Below, one piece after another: positions 52,582 through 64,000 of a stretch of 64,000 nucleotides of DNA (position 1 is its first letter; the number at the start of each line of letters is the position of its first letter). The notes below the pieces were generated by a model. The model saw only the letters and a program-made list of their open reading frames with translations, did not search any database and was not told the DNA's origin. The position numbers and the translations under genes were made by a program. The stretch is from Camelus ferus (Eukaryota), in assembly GCF_009834535.1 (NCBI RefSeq), contig NC_045697.1, positions 28,274,001-28,338,000 on the forward strand, read 5' to 3'.

Positions 52582-54679
52582 CTGTAAGAAGTGTTAACAC
52601 AGTGAGTTGCTCTTTTTTCTTTTTGTAAATGAAAGTTTTAAAATGTTTGGTTCATGATAATTAAAAGAAACTGGAAAAATATTTTCCAGAAAGTATCTAT
52701 GATATTTTTCCACTTAACAGCTAAGTATCGCAGGTTTGTTTCACTAAGCCAAATTAGATTTCAGAACATTTATTTCTAGTTTTACAGGCATGATAGATAA
52801 ACTGAGCATAAGGTTCTCAGTCTTTAGCTTTTTCTTAATGGTCCCAGTGCAACACTTACAGATCTCTTATTTTCATTTATTTTAATTTCTAAGAAGAGCT
52901 CAGAAAAGAATCATTATCCTAATTAGAAAAACAAAAGAGGCAGGGAGCCAGAGGGGTCACACAAAAAAACAGTGAATCTAAGAAATCAAGAAAATTACAT
53001 ACTTTCTTTGCACACAGTACAGTAAGATATATACAAATGCAACTATCACTAATAACATTAAACTTCTATTTTCAATTACTAATTCAAATGTATACGTGCT
53101 GACTTATTTTTAATTCAATTATAGTTGACTTAATATTATATTAGTTTCAGCTGTACAAGATAGCAGTAATTTATCTGTTCTGACTTTTGAAATTTAAGTC
53201 ATATCAGTTTCCCTAACATACTAATGCAACATACAAACATTCCAGTTACCTCATTGTTATTTCCAAATATATTTACTTTCAGTAAAATGGAGCTCTTCCA
53301 GAAGAGAACGTGCGGAAGTAAAATGTATTTCTCATAAACTAATTTTATGCCCCCTGATAAAAAGGCCTAATATAACGTTGAACAAAAGTTTCCGTATATT
53401 ATTCAAACAAAGGAAAGGACCCCAAAATCCACCCAATCCAAAAGAAAAGGCTTTGAAATTGGCATAAGCCTGATAAGAACTCAGTTACCAAGCCTCCTTT
53501 TGTTTATAAAATGAACTCAAGCTACACAGAATTATAAGCAAGCCAAACAGACGCACATCAATATACCCTCTGTTGCCTAATGTTTCTTTACCATAATTGA
53601 AACACACATTCAATTTCTAAAAACAATACGAAAATCTTTATCATACAAAGGTTCTTCAAACTCTAAACTTCCAGTGGTCCTGCAAGGATTTCTGGTTGAA
53701 CTCTATACTGTTTTTCTAAAAATATCACACTACGTAGAATACTTCTAGTAAAGAGGATTCTAGATGTTTTAGAATATAGAAGAAATTTAAATACTTCCAT
53801 TAGAAATTCATTATTGTTAATTATGGCATCATGTGATCAAAAGTCCTATATTGTAATATAATGTTTGATAGTATTCAACATACTGATTTACATGTTAGAT
53901 TCTGAAAACATATGTACTATAAATGAATAAACAAAAAGGTGTGGGGGCAGAGGAAAATAGAAACTCTTAGAGGGATAATTAAGAAAGATATTATCAGTCA
54001 GTCATTAATACCCTCAGAGTCCTTCATCAGACCTATTACCCAAACAAGATTTTGAAAAAATGTGATAGAAGTGGGAAAACAGGATCGTGATACAAAATAC
54101 CACACCTGTTTTGGGAGGGACAGGGTAAGCCTCCAGTATTTGGGATATATAAGGAGAAGTCAGGTCCCTAAAAATGACTTCACAATTTTACCTAGGCCAT
54201 TTGTGCTACCTTGAGTCGTTTGAGTAACTGTTTGTAGTTTATATAATTCAGTGTAACTGAGTAAGACGGAAAAAGATTTTGAAGACCCAAACTATAAACT
54301 ACCAAATTAATAAAACGTGAGCAGTTACATAGATATATTCCAGAAGACTGGAATTTGGTTCTCTCACAACAATTCTTGTCAAGAGCCTCTTCCATGCCAA
54401 GCACTAAAATGAGCCCTGATGTCACAATAGCTGAGACACAAACAGCCCCAGCAGGTGGAGTTAAAGCCTATATACAGGAAGACACTTACATAGCAACTTA
54501 AGAAGACATTTAAATAAATGTTAATAGTAGCTACATGGGGTTCAACAAAGTAAACAGAGGGGTTTCCAACATAGTGTAGGAAATATGAGAATGTTAAGAC
54601 TTAAGCTAATAAATAGGAAAGGGGTTCAAATAGCAGGTATCAACATCTGGAGCCTCTAACAGAGATGAACGCTCCTCCC

Positions 54680-55395
54680 TGAATTACCTTTTTCACTTGG
54701 CTTCCATAAAATACCAAGCTTTCCTGAGTGTCCTACTTCACTAGCCCCTCTCTTAAATCTGCTTTGCTGATCATCCTCCTCTTCCTGACCTCTCACTGTT
54801 AACAGTGCCCCAGAGCTCAATCCTAAGCTGCTTCTCTCCACAGCATCGCATCCAGTGACACTGGTTTTAATACCATTCAAATGGTAATGATCCTAAATAT
54901 ACTTCTTCAGCTTACACCTCTCCCCAGAGTTCCAGATTCCTCTATCCAACTACCCACCCTTCACTTCGATTTGTAAACCTATCAGATGTCTCAAACTTAT
55001 GTCCAAAACAGAATTCTTGATTTCCCTGCACCAGTGCTTCAGTATTAACAAATGGTATCACCATTCACCCAGTTGCTCAAGGCAAAAAACACCAAGTCAC
55101 CTCGGGACACTTGCACTTCCCTTTCTCTCTGTTTTGAGGAAATCTTCCAAGTGGCCAGCTCACCATTATCGCTTAATTTCGTGTCCCAATGTCACTTCCT
55201 CAGAGGGGCTTTCCTGACCCCTCTATTTAAAACAGAACATCCGTAACCCCACTGATCACCTCAAAATTCTCTCTTTACTTTTCATAGCACTTATAATGAC
55301 CTGACATTACTTTTTTTAAATACAGTATCCTTAACACCTAGAAGAGTGCCATGCACTCAGTAAGCGTTCAGTAAATACCTACTGAACGAATGTAA
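54680..55395. mobile_element. L2 LINE fragments
   Basis: gtctcaaacttatgtccaaaacagaattcttgatt...aatgtcacttcctcagaggggctttcctgacc...gtaagcgttcagtaaatac. Confidence 0.65.
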
Positions 55396-55783
55396 CAGGT
55401 TTACTACAGAAAGCACTCTGAACTGAAGACAGATTTAGGGATCACCAGCATGTACATAGTACTTAAAGCCGCAGGAGTGAATGAGATTGCCCACAGTGAA
55501 AAAGAAAAGAGCAAATGAAATCATTTTAACTGTACTAAAGGAAGCTTCCATTCAAAGAAACATAATAATAAATCTTTAAATATTTATCCTCTGCTTTCAT
55601 AATTTATCTTTCATATAAATTTAGATTTTCACATAGTATTAGATTTTAACTTATTTTACACATTAAATCTTACAATGAGGCTCAATCCAAAATTAGACTA
55701 GAACAATCTTAACTGTCTGCCTGGGTAGACTAGACAGCAAGTCATGACAACAAGTTAATGATAGCTAAACAAAATGCCAATAC

Positions 55784-55861
55784 CTCTGCATCTTCGTCAA
55801 GTTGCAATTGCCTGGCAATAGCTTCATCTTTTAATCTGGAATCATCTGCATTTTGTGGAGG
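55784..55861 (-). CDS. RFC1: RFC1 exon ~6
   Basis: PPQNADDSRLKDEAIARQLQLDEDAE; 78 nt, phase 0-0. Confidence 0.95.
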
Positions 55862-56714
55862 CTATATTTCAAAGAAAATCAAGCAATATCAACATAAACC
55901 TTAAGTTAAAAATAAGGTGTTTTTTCTTAACAATAATTTGAATAAATACACCAATGAGGGATAAGTATATTAGTCATGAAACAGTCTCAACACACACCAG
56001 CCAAAAAATTATGTCCATGGCTACTCCCTGACCATATCCAATTTCCTAATGAGTGAATATACTACGGACAGATGGTTCTCATTTAATTCTGCTGAAATGT
56101 TCAAAAGAAGTACCAAAAAAAAAAAAAACCTATAGAGTAATATCTTGGCTTTAGAAGTGGTCCAGAACATTGGCAAACCAATATATGAGAATGATTACAT
56201 TGTCTTATGGAGGCACTAATGAAATCATCACACCCCATCTGGCAGGCTTGAATGTAGGTAACTACTTTCACTAATTTATCTGCATGTCTGTTTCCTAAAC
56301 CTCCAGAAAAAGATGAATCCAGTATCAGCCAAAGTAGAGAAGGTCAAAGTACAGGTAGGCTCTATTCATAAATTATGAATTTATGACCTCATTTGGGAAC
56401 AAATTTATTGTTCAGTTTTGTCTGACTGAGATAAATAGTAAAACAGGTTTGCATTCTGAGTATTTAAATCCTAACACAATTTATTCTTACGATTTAAATG
56501 ATCTTTTTTCATTTTCAAATATGAACAACTTAAATGTGTGATATTCTAACTTCCTCATCCTCCAAAGTAACAGCAATACATTTTACCCATAATCATAGGA
56601 AAATTATTTTCATCAATAAAATGCTGATCTACTTACATCCAAGTTTCACCTCTTATTAACAACAGTGAATAGGTACAAATCCTGAACACTCTCGGTCACA
56701 TGTAGAGCACTCAC

Positions 56715-56947
56715 CTCTTTTCTTCTGCTTGCCACCATCTTCTTATCGGATCTTTGGACACTTCCAGTTCCAAAATAATCAAGCACTGATGTAGGAGTAA
56801 GCTTTATCGGTGATAAAGGCTTATTCTTAGTCTTAGTGTATTCTTCATTCTTTTTCATGTTTGATGCTCCAAGGTAACTATTTGTAGATCCTCCGTTCTC
56901 TTTTGATTTGGAGGCTGCCTTCTTACACACAAAGTCATCTTCTTCAT
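56715..56947 (-). CDS. RFC1: RFC1 exon ~5 (most 5' exon seen; exons 1-4 presumably lie beyond the window)
   Basis: (D)EEDDFVCKKAASKSKENG...LTPTSVLDYFGTGSVQRSDKKMVASRRKE; 233 nt. Confidence 0.95.
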
Positions 56948-57149
56948 CTTAAGGGGAATATAACCAAATATTGTTTGATAAAACATTAATTCTAATTATA
57001 AAAACAACCACTTCCATCAACTTTATGAAAAATAAACAAGAGCTATGGGATGCTTTTTTCTTCCTCTTGGATAAATGCAACAGTTATCCTCACAATTACC
57101 AATGCCAGGTCCGTAATACACCATTCCCCGCCCAGAGTACACAACCCTA

Positions 57150-57830
57150 TTTATTTACTCATTTATTCAACAAATATTTACTGAGTATCCATTGTGTCTT
57201 AGGCACTGAGAATACAGCAGTGGAAAAAAAACAAAGCAAAAACAAAAATCCCTGCCTTCACAGAGCGTGGAGTCTAGAAGAGAAAGCAGATATAGAAACA
57301 CACTGTCAAGTTGTAAGTGCTCTGAAGAAAAAGTAAAACAGGATGAAGAATTAGAGTGATGAAGGGTGCTCTTTTAGATAGGATAGTCAGGAAAAGCCTC
57401 TTTGATAAGCCACATCTGAACAGAGCCCTGAAATGGAATGACTTGAGGCAAGAATGTTCAGACAAGGAAAACCCTAAGGGCAAAAGCTTTAAACTGAGTG
57501 TGGTTGGAGGTTCCTGTGACTGCAGCACAATGAAGGGGGTCCATCACAACAGCTAAGGTGAGAGAGGTAGAGGACTGTGGGACTTAAATAGAAAAAAAAT
57601 TAGATTTTATTTTAGAATGAGAATCCACTGGAAAATTTTCAGCAGATCAGTGAGTAATCCAACTTAAGCCATATCCCTTGGAGAACACACTGTTGAGGGA
57701 TAAAAGCAAATGCAGGGAGATCATTTGGAAAGCTACTTGACATAGTTCCAGAGGAAATGTTGAAGACTTTGGACTAGGGTGGTGTTTGCAGAGGTAGAAA
57801 GAAGCTGTCAAAGTCTAGCTATATATTGAA
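57150..57830. mobile_element. L2 LINE 3' fragment (opposite orientation to 54680-55395)
   Basis: catttattcaacaaatatttactgagtatccattgtgtcttaggcactgagaatacagcagtg. Confidence 0.7.
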
Positions 57831-59895
57831 GGTGGACTGTCTATCAATATCTCACCATTCATTTGACTTTGTTTTGTTACATTTTATTTTCTAAAAAGTT
57901 TCTACTAAACATCTGTTTTTAGAAGTCTTTCTAAGCAGTCATGCCAATGTTTAGATAATTAGAGACCCAAAAAATGCACCTCAAAATGGCCTTAGTAAAC
58001 TTTTTTTGGTTGGTTCAGTGATTCACAAGATAAAAAGCTTTTTACTTTGTCCTAATAAAGAGAAATCCAATAGAAAGAAAAATCTAAAAGGCAATTGTGA
58101 AGAGTAGGCCACTGTAGGGGAGGGAGAATTCACTTTATAAATTTGGTGCAAGGCCACATACAATGGGTCTTACTTCCGCTCAGGTACTCATTCAACCAAG
58201 AGCATTTGCTAAGGGTCTTATGTGAAAGCATTATGCTATTCCTAGGTGGCTGCCATCTCAAACATAAAAAGTACCTAAGATATGTAAAAATCAAAAAGGA
58301 TTTAGTCTTACTCTCTAATTCTATTCATATTAAAATGAAACTATGAACTTTACAAAGCATAACTAACTCTTACAGGTTCCTGAGTACTGAATGCAAAAAT
58401 GCAGTATTTAAAATTAAGAGAATAGTAGACATCTCTGAGGATGCCCACAGAGTTCATTACAAGTCCACATTCTCTAAGAACTTATACCCTACCCTGCCCT
58501 CCAAGGGCCTCCAATAACCATAGATGTGTTTATTAGATGGCTCCATATTCCTTGCCATCATAAACTGGACGAAGAGTGGGCACTTGAACAAGGTGGGCCC
58601 AATCTTACCCCTGAACTAATGTGTACAAAGATTTATTCTTGTACTCAGTGAGATACAACAGTGGCCTTCTAATAAATTCCATTTTGCTTACAACAAATGC
58701 AATCAAAGCTTTTAATTAAAGCATACCTGTTTTTCTTATCTTCAACTATAGTCAATCTACCTTTAAGCTTAAACTAAAAATTCATTCATCAACCTTTCTA
58801 AGCATATTCAAAGCTTGATATACTTACCTGATTTCAGTTTAACCATGTGTTGACAGGAGTCAACAGACTAAGTTCAGTCATTCATATTTCTGCTCTCCCT
58901 ATCTGACAACCAGTCCTTCTCTGTCTCTGCCATCTGATTCAGATGGTTCTGCAAAAGCTAGGTGACATTATCACCATTCCACTTAGGAACAATAGCCAAG
59001 CAAATCACCCATAATAGTCCTAGTAACCACTGAGAATGGAATCTGAAACTCCTTTCCTGCTATCTAAGATCACAACGTGATGAATTATTATGTAATAGAA
59101 ACCCCATTTTTTAATAATTTATGGTTTGTCTATTGTAAACCTCTAGACTCAGTTAAGCTGTAGCATAACCAAATCAGTAGCACTCAACACCAAACTACTC
59201 TACCTTAGCAGTCAAAACAAACTACACAAAATGCCCGTAAGGAAAGATCCAAAACAAAAACAACATTGCTGATATCCTGGCTTTAATTAAAAACAAAATA
59301 AGAAAACCACAAAACTGAGACCTCCTAAGTACCGGACATCCAACACATCTCCTTAGGCAGTAAGTGCAAAATTAAAAGCATATCTAGTGTACATAAGATA
59401 AGACTTCTAATCTTATCTGAGAGCTTATTAAATTTTATAATTATTACTTGGCTTGCTTCAAGTTCAACAACTGTACTTCTGGGCAAGAGGGATTCCATTA
59501 ACAGAGAAAGAACAAAATTAAGTTGTCTCTGTGAAATGGTAGTCCTCTAGTAGTTTTCCCCCCATTAAAAAATGCCAAAAGCAGTACATCTAGCCATGCA
59601 TTCAAAGAATATGACAAAAAGTCCCAGAACTGAATGGACCAAGGTGACCACTGTTTTCCTGTTAGAGTTCTTTCTTCATCACATAAGAACTTCCTTATTA
59701 TGTAAAATACTGTATCTGTCCTTAAGAAATTAATTCAGACAAGATCAATCACTGCTATTTGGTACAGCCTCAGAAAGGGAAACAATGGTATTGCAGGTAT
59801 TTACAATCCCTAGCTTAACCCTTTTCTCCAGCAATCTTGTAAACATTTACAGGTAATAGGCTAACATGAAATTTAGTGAGATCAAGAATTTCTAA

Positions 59896-60003
59896 ATATG
59901 AAAATGAATATATGTATGTACATGCATGACTGGGACATTGTGCTGTACACCAGAAACTGACACATTATAACTGACTGTACTTCAGTAAAAAAATAAAAAA
60001 TAG
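59896..60003 (+). mobile_element. Very short 5'-truncated young L1 3' end with 12-bp TSD
   Basis: gctgtacaccagaaactgacacattataactgactgtacttcagtaaaaaaataaaaaa, related to the 3' tip of the L1 at ~3920-3975; aagaatttctaa at 59884-59895 and 60004-60015. Confidence 0.82.
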
Positions 60004-63000
60004 AAGAATTTCTAAGACTATCAGATTAAAAGGATTGTTGGCAAGGGTGTAGGAAAATGGGACCTTCACATACAAAATAGGCAACAGTATTTTTAAATAT
60101 TAAATTTTTAAAAATCTTTATGGGGGCAATCTTGCAATATGTATCAAAACCTCACATACTGCATATTCATTAACTGAACCCAGCTATTCCATTTCTAAGA
60201 AATTAGTCTAAAACCAAAACAAAATAAAGCAAATGAACACATACACAAAGATATATGTATAAAAATGCTTCTGTAGCATTTGTTCATTCAAAAGTATGAA
60301 GAACAGACTGCAAAAGGGCAGAAAAAAGATAAAGGAAGTATTAAGGGACTAACACAATTTAGGCAAAAAAGAAAGCCTCAACTACGACAGTGGCACCAAA
60401 GATAGAGATAAGTGAACATTGTTTATAAAGTCGGAAAACAAATAACCTAAATATCTATCCATATGTTCAACCATGTAATGGAATTCTATGCAGCATCAGA
60501 AAATTATAATGTATATACATATTTACTGACATAAAGATATTTGTATGTTTATTAAGTGACAAAAGCAAAAGACAGAATGCTTAATAATGTATATATATAT
60601 CTACCTATCTATATATTTATAGTTATGCTTTTTAAATCCAGAATTTCAAAGATCTGAAAAGAATAAAATGTTAGCAACCTTTATCTCCGGATAGGTGATT
60701 ACGTATTTTTCACTTCTTTCATCGTATTTTTTGTCTGCATTTTATACTTCTATTTTTAACCTACATCTAATATTTTAAAACAAATTGACTATCTCCTAGA
60801 AACTCCCTGTTCCCTTGGCTTTGAGACAGAAAAGGCTTGGCTTTAGCTTCTCCCTCCTGTTTTTCTTTGCTTACTTCTGTCATTGTTTATCAGCATGTCT
60901 GTTAATTCTGTCATTAGCTTCAGGGACTTCATGGTATCTTTTTATTTATTTACTATTAATAATAGTTATCATAATTGAGCATTAAACTACCTGCCAGGTA
61001 CTCTACCACATTATGTACAGTGCATTATCTTCAGTCAACTAGTTCCATCTCTTATTCAATACATGGATCCCATTTTCCAAAGTGCTGAAAAACATACAGA
61101 CTGGGCTTAAATACTTCCAAAATTGAGCAGTGTAATTCAATGTGATCTCCTCTTTACTTAGTGAATAGCACTACTGTACTCTTTAGAAGAGTTCTTCCTT
61201 ACATTAAGCCGAAATACTTTCCTGTAAATTTCACCTATTTTCCTTAATCCATCCTTTTTCACATTCAGCATTTGAAGACTGCCCTCATTCCTTCCTTAGG
61301 TCCTCTTGGAAGACAGTTTCAAACCACTCACCATCTGGGTCACTGGGAATATTAGATTTTTAAAAATCAAAGTGCCCAATATTGCACCTCACCATGTTAT
61401 AATAGACATTCAATAAATATAAAAGATATTCAAAAAATAATACATTTTCTAGTGAAAACAACATGAACCAAAAGTCCAAAAAACTAGAATTCTAACCTCA
61501 CTTCAACTTACTATTACTATTTTAATTAATTATCTGGGATTCACTGTCTTCCTCTGCAAAACGTTGGACCAAACTCTTTTAAGATTTTCCCTTCTATAAT
61601 TCTGAGAATCTGTGGATAGTTACATAGAGTTTTTTAATTAGTATATTCAACACTGGTGAGAATGTGATGAGTTCGTATCAATATAAACACTAACTATGGA
61701 AGTGTAAACTAGTATGACTTTTCTAGAAAGAAATATCGCAAAACATATCTAGAACCTTAAAAAAAGCTCATAACCTCTAGCATAGCAATTCTTGGAAATA
61801 ATCATAGATGTTGACAAATATTTATATACAAATATTTTATCACACTATTAAGAACATGAAAAATGTAAGCAACAAAAATAATTAAAACCAGAAAGGCTAT
61901 ATAAATTGTGGTCTAGTCATATGATGGATTCACGCAAAAGTTAAAAATTAAGCCCAAATTTCAAAGCTCAAAAAAAATTACAAAAACAGCAAAATTAAGC
62001 AGAAAAAAAACAAAAATACATCACTTTCTTCTTGTAGGTCAGCTTTAACATTATAGGTATAAAATGTCACGCCTAAAAGGGAGCCTCTTTTCACAGCCTT
62101 CTCTATTAGAGATCTCTTTACAATAGTGGAGGGTAACACAGCTACTCTCTAAATTTTTGGCTTAGAATACATGGGTTTAAACTTAACAATGTCTTCAAGC
62201 TATAGAGCCAAAAACTATACTATACCTAAACACAAATATAATTGTATAAACATTTTCATAGATACTGAGTAAAAATGTAATATGAAGTATTCTATATGAA
62301 ATATCAAGTATGTTTTCATTGTACTAAGCAAAAATTGTACAAGGTCCGTTTCTCTACTAGACACAAAATAAATAGCTCTCCAAGCTCCTTGGAAAGCAGG
62401 AGCAATTCTAGTGAAATAGTCATGCAAAAAGGAAAAAAAAAATCAACTTGCTTGATTTGACACTTATTTAGTGCCCTGTGATTTGTGCACTTCTCCAAAC
62501 TTCCTATAGTTATGAGAAAAACACCAAAAAAGTAAATTCATGATCCTGGGCATAAAGATATTTCTTATCAATATAGAGGATTTCATCAAGGTGAATATAG
62601 GAAAATAAATAGATATTCTATAAAGTCACAGGCATATCTGAAGGCATTCTGTCATCTTGGCTTGATTACACTAGAAAATCTGAAGAAAGCAGCAGTCCTG
62701 CTGTCTCCACATTATGACTTCTGAGCAAGCTGTCTTAAGACCCCTTCAGCTAGCCCTTGATATTTCGAAGGCTATATTCCAATATATTTTGAAGAAAGAA
62801 GGCAAAGAAGGCCAAGGATTAGAACAATGCAACTAGCTCCCTGACAAAGATAGTCATTTACCAGGTGTTGCTGTGACCATCCTCACATAAAATAAATATC
62901 TTACGATCCTACACAGTGTGTAGAGGTGAAACATTCCAAATAAAGTTATGGTTGTTTTCCTTTTTTAACATTTGTTCTTGTTTTCTAATGAGCCTAAATT

Positions 63001-64000
63001 TGTTCTGCCTTGTCAGAAGCCAAAGGCAAAACTGTGTTCTCTTCTCCCTAGAAACTTATAATAAAATAATGACAAATAGATCTAACTCAAATTTCTGTGA
63101 CCTAGTTGAAAATCATGGGCAATTGAACACTCAGAATTTCCCCCCAGGATACCTGACTCCTTCTAAAAACATCATTTATTTTTATTTATATACAACATAA
63201 CCTCAAATGTGGTAACAATCACCAAGAAAACTAGCATTATCCAGTGCAGAGCAGAGGAATTGCCTGGAAGAGAAGATTGCTTTGCCACTTTGAGTTAGGT
63301 ACATTCATTTATTTAGAAGGAAAACAAATGAAAGAGTAAGAAAATAATGGGCAGGTTTCTAAAACAATCTAATTCTGAAGTTCCCACTGCAGAGAGTTTG
63401 GGATTCTGATTTTTTTTTTCCCTTCAGTCTGAAATACACAGAAACCAACAGACACCATGCCAGAGAAATCTGGTTATAGAGATTAAAAATAATTTATTTT
63501 GCAACAAGTCAAAAACCAAAAAGAGAATCTGAGTGTGTAGAGCCTTTTTCTACTAAGTTCCTTTCTGAAACTTCCTTGAGTCAAAAATTCATACTGTCAT
63601 TTTGGTTGTGGACATAGAGAAAGGTTCACGCATGTTCAGTCTTCAATAAATACTCGTTAATTAAGTGGATGGAAGAGAAACTACACATACCATCGCTGCA
63701 CCAGTTATGAGGTGTGAGAACCAGACATTTTGTGGTGAATCACAAAATGATTTATGTGGTGAATAAGATATACTGCAGTATAATGAAATAAAACTGAGAC
63801 TGCTCATCTTTAATCAAGAAATTGGAGATATCATGATTCTTTACTAATAAATCCTCTTAGAATCAAATGGAATTGATTATATGTTAAGAATAAAGCTATT
63901 TAATAATTCATGAGGTCTAGTGAGGTAGGTAAGTAACATTAAGACAAAAAGTACTAGTTTGTGCTGTGATGTTATCTACCACATAAGTGCTAAGTCCCCA

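Noticed and set aside
58930..58946. 8-bp inverted repeat ccatctga-t-tcagatgg (also small hairpins near 32900 and 40310)
   Set aside because: Stems this short are expected by chance in 64 kb.
58821..59070. Perfect CAG|GTAAGT donor on - at ~58828, a possible hidden RFC1 exon
   Set aside because: No convincing polypyrimidine tract/acceptor upstream and no recognisable RFC1 peptide; isolated donors are common.
57000..64000. CANVAS-type pentanucleotide repeat of RFC1
   Set aside because: That repeat lies in a primate Alu in intron 2; this window reaches only intron ~4 and shows no AAAAG/AAGGG array.

Overview
Mammalian genomic DNA, not prokaryotic. It is probably camelid: the short tRNA-derived SINEs resemble camelid SINEs, and I recognised no Alu or BovB/Bov-A elements. 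The window holds two convergent spliced genes. On + is the 3' part of WDR19 (IFT144, IFT-A complex): 10 coding exons (1-19891, about 319 C-terminal aa) plus a non-coding last exon (25357-~25670). On - is most of RFC1 (large subunit of the PCNA clamp loader): 21 exons equivalent to human exons 5-25 (56947 down to 28272, about 1036 aa), covering the BRCT and AAA+ domains and the C-terminus. All exons were traced by hand; they have GT-AG boundaries and consistent phases. Introns contain L1, L2, MIR, MaLR/ERV LTRs, DNA-transposon relics and young SINE/L1 insertions with target-site duplications. Exon numbering, ortholog comparisons and repeat family names are from memory, not from a search. I see no novel multi-gene system. 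The best leads are tandem MIU-like ubiquitin-binding helices on twin 78-nt RFC1 exons, an Arg at a normally hydrophobic BRCT position, a donor overlapping the WDR19 stop that could extend the protein, and a locally GC/CpG-enriched WDR19 segment.
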